A stretch of 63,184 bases of DNA, filler included, from Asterionella formosa (taxonomy: Eukaryota): assembly GCA_002256025.1 (NCBI GenBank). It is 26 parts of 26 records of this genome, joined end to end, with 100 filler letters (N's around TTAATTAATTAA, not from the genome) between each part and the next. Parts side by side here need not be neighbours in the genome. Positions count along the whole stretch, not along the records: positions 36,377 to 37,456 come from NKIB01004473.1; positions 37,557 to 54,931 come from NKIB01004474.1; 24 more parts are not named here. One strand, given 5' to 3'. This document shows positions 36,377-48,411 of this stretch, piece after piece (positions within the stretch are counted from its first letter, which is position 1; every line of letters begins with the position of its first letter). The translations under genes and the position numbers were made by a program. The notes under the pieces were generated by a model. It was not told where the DNA came from and made no database searches. It saw only the letters and a program-made list of their open reading frames with translations.

Positions 36377-37456
36377 CTGTGATGCCATCTTGCTGCAAAA
36401 GGTAGTGGTAGTTACTGTCTGCTCCCATTAGGGAAAGGATAGCCCACCAATACTGCAGTGTAAGCTGTAATGCACCCTCTTGCTTGAATGTTCGCATTTG
36501 TTCGCACATGTCCCGGCAGTCATTTTCAAGTTCATGCAAACTTTCTCCGCAATAATATGAGAATTTGACGTAGGAGAATGCTGCAAAGCAAGCGTATTCC
36601 ATGTCACCTTGATCAGTACCAACGGCACACGCTTCCCGTAACTGTTTGGAAGCTTCAATAAGAGAACGCTTCCAATATAAAACAAAGCTCCACACAATGG
36701 TGAGGGTTTGACATGTACTCTTTGGTGAACTGAGTTTCTTCATCAGGTTAAGTGACAGCATGCCAAACCGAAAGGCACATTCTGCATTCCCTAGCTTTGA
36801 TTCCATCAATGCATACCCGGCAAATACAGGTGGTGATACAGATGACAAACCCTCCTCCATTGATAGTTGAACCAACCGCAAAACACCAAATGCAAATAAA
36901 GCTTCTTCCCTTGCAAAAAATGCAGCTGACATTATTTTCACGAGAATCGTTGTAATTATAAGGATTTTTGCATCATTTCTCAACATTGGTAGAGAGATGA
37001 TCACCTCATCAGATTTCCCACGAAGAATGCCCCTTATTTTGGTAATTTGACGTTCAAAATCGAGTTTTGTATTTGTTTGCATTATTTCTTCACCCAGTAA
37101 TCTTAAGATTGATATCCCTTTAATAATTGACTGCGATGGCATTGCTTGTGCATTGAGAACATCAATCTCAGCATAATAAGCAGATGCCTTATCCTCAATT
37201 GTTCGTCCATTGACCAAGATGCACTCTATCATTGTCTGACTACGCTCAAAGTTCCCAAGACAATATTCTGTTTCAGCAGACAAACTGTGAAGTTGAAGGC
37301 AGAGACCATAATGACTTTGCCACATTGTCTCTTTGTCAAGGAGGTCTATAGCACATCGCAAGTACTCTGAAGCATTCAAGAAAGCAAATTTCTTCTTTAC
37401 TGCCAACTCTGCTGCCTCAAGGTTAAGTCTTGCTAAGTCAACTAGTTCCCATTCTG
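36377..37456 (-). CDS. Fragment of an AAA-ATPase/TPR-like (COG3899-type) protein, helical C-terminal region
   Basis: The ORF is open across the contig and reads LARLNLEAAE...AF..ASEYL...WQSHYGLCLQL...AETEYCLGNF...GDMEYA. Confidence 0.7.
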
Positions 37457-39499
37457 NNNNNNNNNNNNNNNNNNNNNNNNNNNNNNNNNNNNNNNNNNNN
37501 TTAATTAATTAANNNNNNNNNNNNNNNNNNNNNNNNNNNNNNNNNNNNNNNNNNNNGTAGAGCGGTTTGGTGAGTATAACAGTGAAACACTGAATGTGGA
37601 AAAAAGTTACCATTTGTCGAATTTGCGATTTGATTGTTACCATTGTCCGTTTTGATCACTTCCATCGTTGTTTGTTGTTCTGTGCTGTCGTTTTGGCTTG
37701 ATTGTGTCTATCTACATAAGGGCCAATGTATGTATCAATGCCTACTTGTTGAAGATTTATTGTTGTTGATCTTATTTGTTGATTTGTATGGGAGTTGTTG
37801 ACCATGATGTAAATATTGGCACCAAGCAATGCTTTTCTTGTACTAACATGCTTTCCTACCTTTCTACTCAGAGTTGTAACTCAAGCTATGCATCGATATT
37901 CAGCTAGAGGGAGTCCATAGTGGCGCAGCCTGGCAATCATGCTTGCTCAGAATAGAATGGAATGATTGGTGTTGTTTGGCCAGTGGGAGGAATGACTGTG
38001 GGCAGAACAAGGCCTGCAACTTGTGTCAGGCTACAGTTAGTATGTGCATGGTTCTGCAACCAGAATATCTACACTACATAATGTTGCTGATCTCAATTGG
38101 GTTCAGCTGTTTTTGCTCTTTTCTTTATTATTTCGCTCTTTGATTGTGAGATGGAACAAAGTCAATGCTGCTTGTGTAAGTTCTACAATGCATACATCTC
38201 CGCTGAAATTCATATTTTTTACTTCATTTCTAGTAACCCAAAACAATATTTTCTTTTTCTCATTTGACACTACTTATTATATTGCATATCATACTTTGGT
38301 TGCTCCAAACCTCATGTTTAATTTTCTTTGATATTCAATGTTATAAAAATTCGGTTTCGCTGCTATTTCCTCGGTTCCTTTCATCGCCTTTGCATTAGTA
38401 AGAAGTGTCCTTGATGGTGTTGGTTGTTTATTTATATCGTCATGACCCACTTCCATCAAAATTTTATTTTTCGCCATGGTGATAATGCCTTTTCTTTCCG
38501 ACACTTCCCCAAAAGGAACCCAGAACACTACTATGTATCTTGACTGCCACTGGATTCATTGCTGCAATGTTTTTTTACTAGACTAGTAGTCCATATTAGT
38601 CTTATCCTTTTATTTATACTTGGCTTAAAATGAGTGTAGACCCATGTATACAATTTATATCTAAATATATCATAAAGAAGAAAATTGGCAACTAATTTTT
38701 AAAAAAGGTATCAAAAGCAAAATGTAGATATTAAGGACCCATTTTTCTTATATCCATCGATTCTCAACATACATAAGAAGTAGGATAGAACAATAGAACA
38801 ACAGCAATTTGCCTTTCACTATGGATTGCGCAACTGTGAAAGTGGTGATGATGGAAAAGAATAAAATGATGGTAGCTATGCTAGGTTTGGTAGTAATCAG
38901 AGCTACTATATATCTGGCGTGTGGATTCATGCTCAGGGTACCCGGGTCCGAGGAGTAGCCCACGTAAGCGCTGGTATATTACTATTTAGCTGAAATGATG
39001 TGATTCTTTTGTTTCTGTAACTAGATTATGCCAGTATTCATAGTGCTTGAGTGGCTGAAGACTTCTTCACCATGTTGTCTCAGCAATGACCATGATGAAA
39101 ATAGCGAATTTCTCCACAAAAATTGAGAACAATGCTTTCCTTTTGGTACATATATCAAGCATGGAATGACAGGCAGTACAATCATATAATAATTTTTATA
39201 GTAACACTAATGTTGACAACGAAAATTGAAGTCGCTGATGGTACATTTTTTCTTGTAGCTTATGTAGTGATGCTCAAATTTTTCAAAGAACACTGTTACT
39301 AGCAGATTTGACACTTTCATAGCAGCTGCGCAACAAAGAATACTAAGACAAAAACAATAACTCAAATCAAAATGTGAATTAAGTTATGAATCAACTAAGA
39401 TTTGATTGATTGCAAATTCGCAGTTTGTATAGTCGTGGAATCCGACAAATGTGAATGACACATGTCAAAACTCCTGGCAATACCATAATGTGCCGCAGC

Positions 39500-39500
<1 letters not shown>

Positions 39501-39527
<27 letters not shown>
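39501..39527. repeat. (TA)n microsatellite
   Basis: About 13 TA units. Confidence 0.9.
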
Positions 39528-39531
<4 letters not shown>

Positions 39532-39597
39532 ACCGGTCTATAAAGCCATGTGCTGACAGAAGCGTACAATGCGCGATACCAGTTTCCCCAACATACT

Positions 39598-41052
39598 GGG
39601 CGCGCTCTGATGTTAAAACATTATTATATCATGTGTGTATTATCAAACAAATTATTTTGGCGATTTGATACATAATAACGTCGTCGAGCTCTGATAATCA
39701 AGATGTTTTAGATTAGTCATCTGACATTTTATATAAATTTAACTTTGATTTATAACAGTTATAGTTTCATAGCAATGCATCCTCTTGCGTGTTATGCGGC
39801 CTCTTGTTCATTGTCCACATGAGTTCCATAATTTCACCAATGTCAGTCACTGACCAGCATGTCGGCTTTCTCTCATCTCCTGATGACAAGGATGATGCCA
39901 TGAGTGATCTTAAAATATGAGACAGAGACACAGAAATTTCAGCTTTTCTCAAGAAACAAGCCTTTGATCGTCAAATCAGGCCAACAGAACTTTCACAACG
40001 AGGTATTGCTCTCCAAGAGCGACTTTTCACTCCAAAATGAAGACAGTCAGAGGCACTTGCATTGTTTGTTTGCCCATGCTATGGACTGAGCCCAACCTGT
40101 TCCCGCTTTTCAACGACAAGTTCTTATCAATCCCCATAGCGATGGAGGTGAAATCAATCAAGTTTTCAATAAAATTAAAAATCTGGCATGAAGCCCGCCA
40201 ACTTATTCCCGACTTTCAAAGACAAGATTGTATCAATTCCCATGGGGACAGAGGTGAAATCAATTCAGTTTTTGATGACATTGAATATCAATATCAACAG
40301 CTGGAAGAGAAATTGGCAGCAAATCCAAATGCATTGCAGCTTTTAGATGGAGACGATGAGGTACCAGCGGTGATATTCAGTGGATTTGTCTGGAAAATAA
40401 GTTCCATGCTGCAGAAGTCATTGTACAAAGGATGCTACAGTAACAAAGGTCTGCGGTGAACAAAATATCTTCATATACAAGCACAGCAAATGTATTTAAG
40501 TTTATGGCAGTGTTGACGATGAAGTGACATTAAAGCTAACAAACAAATGTATAGAATGAAATAATGGTCTCTGTTTCTTCATTTCGCCTAATAGTCATCA
40601 ATCAGTGTAGACATTGCACATGAATTGATAGTGGTTGCGACCACTAATATTGTATTGCAGGTGGATTGTGAACAAGCAGACATGATCACAACAAAACTGG
40701 AAGCAGATGAGGATTGATGATACCTTTAGGACAATTGATGCATATGCATATTGACATCGTTTTTGGTAAGAGCAAGCCATTTCGGGTATGAGCAAGCAAC
40801 TCTTGAAATATTATGGGAAATTTTATGTAGTCATTCATTCCTAATATCTACTTATATAATAATAGACTGTTGTTTATGACTGTAAAAAATTGTGTTTGTG
40901 TTGACTAAATTTGGTAAACTGGTAGGCACCCCGACGTGCTTACGATGTTTACCAAATTTGGTCAACACAAACAAAAATTTTGGGGTTCTGGGTACAACGA
41001 TTTGTGTTATAATACACATGATATAATAATTTTTTTATATCAGAGCGCGCCC
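39598..41052. mobile_element. Non-autonomous TIR DNA transposon, PIF/Harbinger-like, 1,455 bp
   Basis: The ~50-bp imperfect TIRs start GGGCGCGCTCTGAT. The direct 3-bp flanking repeat ACT lies at 39595-39597 and 41053-41055. Confidence 0.8.
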
Positions 41053-41326
41053 ACTACTGCAAATTGTTTGACCGGTACTCAGAGATTTGCAGTAGCTGAA
41101 AGTTGCGATTATATGGCTTCTTCATGTTATTCAATCCCAGAACAGACAGATATTTCCCGACTTGGATGACGAAGAGGAATCAGAGTTTGAATATTAAAAT
41201 GGTTGGCACCCAAGAGCCAAAATATACATGACTAGACTAAATTCTAAAATTTCAGATAATTCGAAAAAAACAGATTTCGACGAATTTTTATTTTGGGTTG
41301 AAATACTTAAGGACTATTTTCAGCTT

Positions 41327-41701
41327 AAGGTTACGGCCCTGGCTTAACCCTAATTCGGAGAAAATAACGCTAGGGTTGTAAAAACGGCGTGGAACAGGGA
41401 GTTTCCTACTATGAATTCCCATGATTCGAGTGTCCATTTGAATATTTGAATTAAATAGGAATCGGGGCCAGATTGATAGAGTTTCATTTAAAAAATGATG
41501 TTTAAGCGTTTATACTTTTCTACGTTGCTGGATGTAAACATAATTTTGCTGAACGCCAAAACATATATATAAGTTAGGAGTATGGCAACATGTATGCTCA
41601 TGGCTCTTGTTTATATGTTAAGGTTGCAGCCCCGGCTTAACCCTAGTTGGGAGAAAATATCGCTAGGGTTGTAAAAACGGCGTGGAACAGGGAGTTTCCT
41701 A
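41327..41701. repeat. ~82-bp direct repeat, two copies about 290 bp apart
   Basis: TAAGGTT.C.GCCC.GGCTTAACCCTA...CGCTAGGGTTGTAAAAACGGCGTGGAACAGGGAGTTTCCTA occurs twice. Confidence 0.85.
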
Positions 41702-42639
41702 ATATTAATTAAACTAAACAAACCCAGTCTGAGTACCAGCAAGTTGCGGTAAATTAACCGAAAGGACGATTAGGACATCGCAGATATTCACGCCTGGTGA
41801 TCCAGTGCTTAAATAAATACGCTGGCTAGCTCGGAAAACGGTTATCTTTCATTCGTAGAATGATTGTTTTGAATACTATTATGCTGGAAGTCGATTTGAC
41901 AGGAACTATTTTAGGGTGAAACTCATTTCTCAACAATGAAATTTACTTAGGTCCATTAGTAGAAGAGAAATCTCTTTGTTTTCCAGGACCCCCCTTAAGT
42001 AAAATCAGTCAAATTCAGTCATTGCAGTGTAAATTGCTGGGGGGTCCAGGAAAATTAATTATATGGTACTACTAGTCTCTACATTCCTAAATACATATTT
42101 TCTAGTATCATCGTATGTACACTGGTGAACTGATATTTATTAATCATTTTTATAGTGCATTCTTACTTTTTTATTTCTAGAGTTGCTGTCATTGTGCTCC
42201 ATGGCCCATATTGGTTGGTAGTCACTTCCTCATGTGGAAGCAAGTAGTTAAAAAAAATGTGGTAGCTTTGTTCTTGGTTCAGTTCTCTATGACTGCACTG
42301 CTTTTGTCAGCTGGAGAATGGGTTGGTGAGTGGATTGGCTGGGTTGAAGATTTCCATTTCGGCCCCAGCACTTCTGGTGATTCAATTTGAAGTGTCTATA
42401 ACAACAATTGATCATTCCAGGGCTTCCACCTCATTGTTTTTGTCTTTGTCTTCATTGCCTTTGTTATCAAAAAAATTGCTTTGAACAGCACATCCAGCTC
42501 TGGAGCAATTTCTTCATCAGTGACTTCTTCATTTCTCTGTCTTCTTCTTTATTCTTGTTTATATTTAGCATATCGCCAATTCTTTTATCCTTCTTGCTTC
42601 TTGCACTGTCATAGCGCTCACTGTAGTGAAAGGTGTTAA

Positions 42640-44393
42640 ACTTTTATTTTCTTTTCTCTTCTCTTGTTACCACTGCCTTTTTCTGGTTCTTCTTCTTTTT
42701 TGCTTTGTGTTGATAACATTGCCATGAATTTCCTGACTGTGCAGAATGTTTGTGGAAAACGCCAAATCGACATCCATGCAATTGCTGTTTTTCACCGCTC
42801 CTGTGTTTATCTTTGTTTGCTTTTCCATCTCCTCCTCTTTCTGTCGGATTTCCTTTCTTTATTATACTTAGTTGTGTGTTGTTGAGCGCTGCCCTGTAAT
42901 GGCCAATGTGGCTGATGGCTACTTGGGAAAGTGGATGTGGTCTGTTCCTTCCACCCAAGAATTCCCTTTCTGCTGAAATCTCCCTCTGTGATAAAAGTAT
43001 CAATTGTTAGGCACGCCCGTATTCCCTCCGGGACCGCCATTTCTGTAATGAGTTCTCTTACTCCTTGATGACATTCTTCATCTGCACTTTCACACAGAGT
43101 GCCTTGCAGGATTTGAATTGCTGCCACCGACAATCCATTGAATCTAAGCAGTGCTTGCACGGTTCCATGGCCGAATTGCGATTCAGATGCCTTCCTGTAT
43201 TGGTTGTGGCAGTGTTGTTATAGAATCTCCCTCTTTAACCTTTCCGGTTTGCACTACTCTGTGGTCCATGTTAGGGTTGTGCTATCTGAGGATTGAGTGG
43301 GAACAAGCACTGTAGTAGCTAATGGAGCTCCCGTGCTACTAGGCTTGAAAATGCTCCTGAGCCTCCTGAATGTTGCCGTTTGTATTCCGCGTTTAACAAT
43401 GCCCGGAGTGCCGTGAAATCTTTTTTATTATCTTTTGAGGACCGGCCGGTGAGGTCATCAATATGCATTTCTATATCCTCTTTCTTGAAGTGGAGAGAAT
43501 GCTTTTGAACAAATAGAAGTGCCGCATCTGCAGATTTGAGCCTGCGTTGAAGTTCCTCTGTGGACAACCCATTTCAGGATCCGCTATGATCCCCGCCGCG
43601 TTTTGCAGGTCTGTATAAAACAATTGCATTGCTCCTGGGATTTTACTGAGTTTGATCTTTTGCTTCCAGGATTGAACCGTGTAGGCATTCGATCGGAGAG
43701 TATTGAACCAGGCCGTTTTTCCCAATGGACATTTTGTCCCGATTTTCATTGCTTTGCCTAGATCCGTTTCGAGCTGCTCCCATTTGGCTACGAGAGTTTG
43801 ATTGTGTTAACTTTGTTTTGTGGTGCAAGGGTGGGATGTGCTTGAAAATATGATGCACGGACCAATACTGCTTCACTACCGCTAGGTATTTCTGTGTCTC
43901 CATTGGATTAGTTGATGTAAACGTTCTGTTTCGCGAAGTTGCAACCTCCTGCTGTCCTCCTCCGCCAAACAGGATGTCCAAGTCAAAGTCAATGTAGAGG
44001 GCACGATTTTTGGCCTGAATGTTACTATAGAACGGTAGAACCCCGCCTCTGTGCATGGCGCTCTTCACATGGGCTGTAGACTTCCAAGCATTTAGTTTTT
44101 TGTATTCGATCCTCTATCAAATGTGACTGGAGAGATTGTGTGGTGTGGATGCCTTTTCAATAGAAAATCGTACAGTGCACAGTCACTCAGAAAAAATGAA
44201 ATTCCTTGGACTGTGTTTCCCATTTGTTTGTTGGCATCCATCCTAACTAGGATTTCATGGCCTTGGGATTGTTGATCTAGAATGTAGGCTTTCAAGTCAA
44301 TGATGAACTGTTTGCGTGCTCACTGTGTCCATTCATGTAGAGTTTGCCACGCACCTTTAGTGATGCTAAGTGTGGCTCCTGTATCTGAGAAAA
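42640..44393 (-). mobile_element. Decayed non-LTR retrotransposon (APE endonuclease C-terminal part and linker; Ambal-like LINE possible)
   Basis: The frames read RKQFIIDLKAYI..QGHEILVRMDAN, TFDRGS and NRALYIDFDLDILFG, which are APE-like D-x-N and (SD)HR motif regions. There are many stops and no RT was seen. Confidence 0.65.
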
Positions 44394-44395
44394 TA

Positions 44396-46617
44396 CCATC
44401 CTTGCACAAAAGTGTTTCTAAATGCACAATTGCCTTTTTTGGGAATTCGTGATTATTTCTTTTGACTAAACATGTAGCNNNNNNNNNNNNNNNNNNNNNN
44501 NNNNNNNNNNNNNNNNNNNNNNNNNNNNNNNNNNNNNNNNNNNNNNNNNNNNNNNNNNNNNNNNNNNNNNNNNNNNNNNNNNNNNNNNNNNNNNNNNNNN
44601 NNNNNNNNNNNNNNNNNNNNNNNNNNNNNNNNNNNNNNNNNNNNNNNNNNNNNNNNNNNNNNNNNNNNNNNNNNNNNNNNNNNNNNNNNNNNNNNNNNNN
44701 NNNNNNNNNNNNNNNNNNNNNNNNNNNNNNNNNNNNNNNNNNNNNNNNNNNNNNNNNNNNNNNNNNNNNNNNNNNNNNNNNNNNNNNNNNNNNNNNNNNN
44801 NNNNNNNNNNNNNNNNNNNNNNNNNNNNNNNNNNNNNNNNNNNNNNNNNNNNNNNNNNNNNNNNNNNNNNNNNNNNNNNNNNNNNNNNNNNGTCTTGAAA
44901 TATTACCACCTCGGAACAATGAACAACTTCAATAAAACGGATGATCCTTAATGACGATACAATTTACTAGCCTAATTGCTTGATTGGCTGGGACCTTCTG
45001 ATGTTCGGCATGGCATGGCATCAATCTCACCGATACCTTCATTGTTGTCATGTTCAGACGACATAAGCTTATGCGAAATTAGCATGTAGAATTGTTTCCA
45101 TTATCATATCATTTTAGCCCCTGGTTTTCTGTTATCGTCCTCTGCAGTGTGTGTTAATAGATTCATGTAAGGCCATTGCCATGGGCCCCTCCCTCCTTGC
45201 TATGTGCATTCATCCACCTCCTCATTGGCCAGTGGCGCTGGGACGAAATGGAAATATTACGATGTGGCGATTCCAAACATTTGGTACATAGAATAATATG
45301 GGAAAAAAGTAAGAGACTTTACCCTAATCAATAGATTACTAGCAATAATGAAATGTCAAGAGAAGTCGTTGTCGTGGAAATAGTACAATGTGCCAATTCT
45401 CCGCATTCGGTACATAAAATCATATGGGAAAAATAGTAATGGACTTTACCGTAATCAATTGATTACTAAGTATGGCTACATTATTGATCTCAAATTTACC
45501 GGTATAACATTTGGAAGGAGAAAACTATCTATTAATTTTACGACGTCTCAGCAATGTCTAGACGAAATATGCTCCCATCACAACCTGGCAGTTTGAAAGT
45601 CACTGGCTTGGATGGCCTGAGGTAAACAAAGAAGTAAATATTCAGCACAAAAAGTCAGCTATCGAACAAGAATGCTATCGCCTATGGAGTGATTAGTCAT
45701 GAACACCACAAGGCACAAAAATTCATATTTTCGTCTATTTAGTCATCATTGGAAGAACTGGTTAGATATAGGAAAACTAATAATATTCCAATCTAAAAAC
45801 AGCAGGTTAGGCTAGATATAGGTAAACTATAATATTCGCAAGCGATTGCAACTATTATAATTTGTAACTTTATGTAGCATATACAATTAAATAAACTAGC
45901 CTGCTATATCATACATATGGTCTGCTAGTATGTTTGCTTGGCATTTGGCATACATACTTCTAGGTACTACCAGTACTTGCATGTGCAAATGTACTGCTTC
46001 GTGTGCAATGGGGACGATGAGACAGCAAATCCATCTTGACCATGACGAAATAATTGGACTCAATATCTCCACTAATATTGGAAATGAACAATTCCTATCT
46101 CGCATGTAGATGTAGAATAAAATAGACGAAATAATCGCTCAAGAAAAGAATTTTTTGCAGTATTATTGACAACAAAAATTTGAAATCGCCGCTAGAAGTT
46201 GTTTCTGGTCGTCGTTTGCTCAGTTTTGAGGATGCGAACCAAAAAGAGGCATCGTTGAGTCCGCGGTGATTAGCTTGATAAATTCTTATTAGATAATTAT
46301 CTCTATCTAGTGTACAAATGGATGAGAAAAATTAAGCAATAAAAATCTCGGAGAGAGCACAACATCTCGAAATGCAAGAAAATTGCATAATTTATAATTA
46401 TGTACTGGCTGACTATCATGTACATACTAATTGTCATGGTTCATATTTCTATGGAATCTTGTTGATAAGGGCATTTTGCAGTTTAATATAGACATACATT
46501 TAGACATTCAACAATACCTGCTTGTTCTTTTGGAAAATAGATATTTCGCATCGCTAGAGGAAAAACTAATTCCGAAAAAAGCCATTTTGCATTTAGAGAC
46601 ACTTTTTGCAAGGATGG
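44396..46617. mobile_element. TA-flanked non-autonomous TIR element, ~2.2 kb including an N gap
   Basis: The ~52-bp imperfect TIRs read CCATCCTTGCA(C)AAAAGTGT.TCTAAATGCA. TA lies at 44394-44395 and 46618-46619. Confidence 0.7.
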
Positions 46618-48411
46618 TAATGGACCTCCTGTATCTCATTATTGGACGCCAACTGCTGTTCTGGCACTGCCGGTTCCTTGGAATACTTGTTTGCCTGCTT
46701 CATTGTCGTTATTATTGAGGCAAACTCTGGGTCATTTGCCATTATTTCTGTAGTCGTGGCTGTCGTATTTTTCTTCTTCTGGTGAAAGGCTCTCGCGGTT
46801 GCTTTGGCACGCTCAAGTTTCGCCACAAATAGGGCCTGTTTCGTTTGCATAGCATCGTCAACATCATCGCAGTTGTAGTTGCGCGCGGTGATTCTTGGTA
46901 CATTTCTGGTCATTCCTAGTGGCTGCGATGCTGCTGTCTCCGCCTTTCTGTGTCCTTGCGTTGCTTGTGGATGGACTCGGCGTCAATGCGTTTGGCTCTG
47001 CGTTTCCTCATGGTGATTGCATCGTTTTTGTATATATTCCCCGCTGGGATTCTGGAAACCTGCATAGCTCTGTTACCAGGCAGCGGAGTCCTTGCTACCT
47101 GATATATGTGCTAGTCTAGTCTTTATTATGCACGCCTTTCTACTTGTTAGCTAAAAAGTGTGTCCCGGTAGCTTAGGTACCACAAAATTCTGTGATCAGT
47201 GCTGTAGTACTGTATTAGTCTTTCTTAAACTTTCCTTTATACTTGAATTTTGGTGACCTAATACAATACATATATATGCATTTTTAATTGTTTTACATGT
47301 GTTTACTGAGTATGCTATTGGAACACCATGCTTGCTGGTAATGGTAGTACGTAGTGGCAACATCCTGATAATCATGATGTGCCTAGCTATCATCATTGTA
47401 AACAGATAAATCACGAATTATAATGCAATTGCTGTTTTCAGCTACCAATGCTGTAGTTTCTGTCTACTTGATGTACAACGGTTACACACAATGCTGGTTT
47501 TGATTGGGAAACAAATCATGGAGATATTGTCACTGCAGTTGAGCACCATTTTGCTTCTTTTGATTTTCTATTTTAGCTATTTTTCAATGAATATCCAAGC
47601 TAGCTATGTGACCATTTGTTTCACTACTTGCTAGTGATACTCCTTGTATTCTATCTAAGAAAGTAATAAAAGTGTTGAGCATTAATACAAAATTAAAAAT
47701 CATTGTTTATCATGGTCTGTTTAATAGAATGCATATACATAGAACATGCATGTTTTGTATTTTCAAATGATGCAAATGTACCACAGCCATTTACACTTCT
47801 GTACATTCATAATATGAAATGCATGTAAATGAGGAGATTTCTGGAATAAGGTATCTTAACACTCGGAATTGAGATTGGGGAAAAACCAATCCAAAACCCC
47901 CCAATTTTAACAAAATTTGGAAACTGGTTTTTCAGAAAATTATTCAGTGAAAATTTAAATGTCGAATTATATGACTGGAGGGGTCGAGTTGCCTGTCAGC
48001 ACCAAATTTCAGTTTCCGTGATGACTGCAACTTGCAGGTACGATGCCCTGTTGATCGTCTCACACTGTATGACTGGACAAACAATGAGGGCAGAGGAGCA
48101 GCCGGCCGAACAATGGGAATGTCGCAGTCTTGGGAGGAAAGCGGACGACACCCGGAAGTGAAGAAGACATAACGGTACGTGTACCCTGGTACCAGGTACG
48201 GAATACCTGTCAACAACACCAGGTACCTGGTACCAGTACCGGTACTGGTACCACGGTGACGGCATTTCCCCTCTCCTACATACCACAAAAGAAGCAAACA
48301 AAATACCGGTGCGGTAGATCTGTTTCTACGGCTCCTCAATCGGTTTAGCGTTGCATTGAACACACCGGCAATATTTCCATCCTCTGTCTTTCGTTGGATT
48401 CTTCTCTCACC

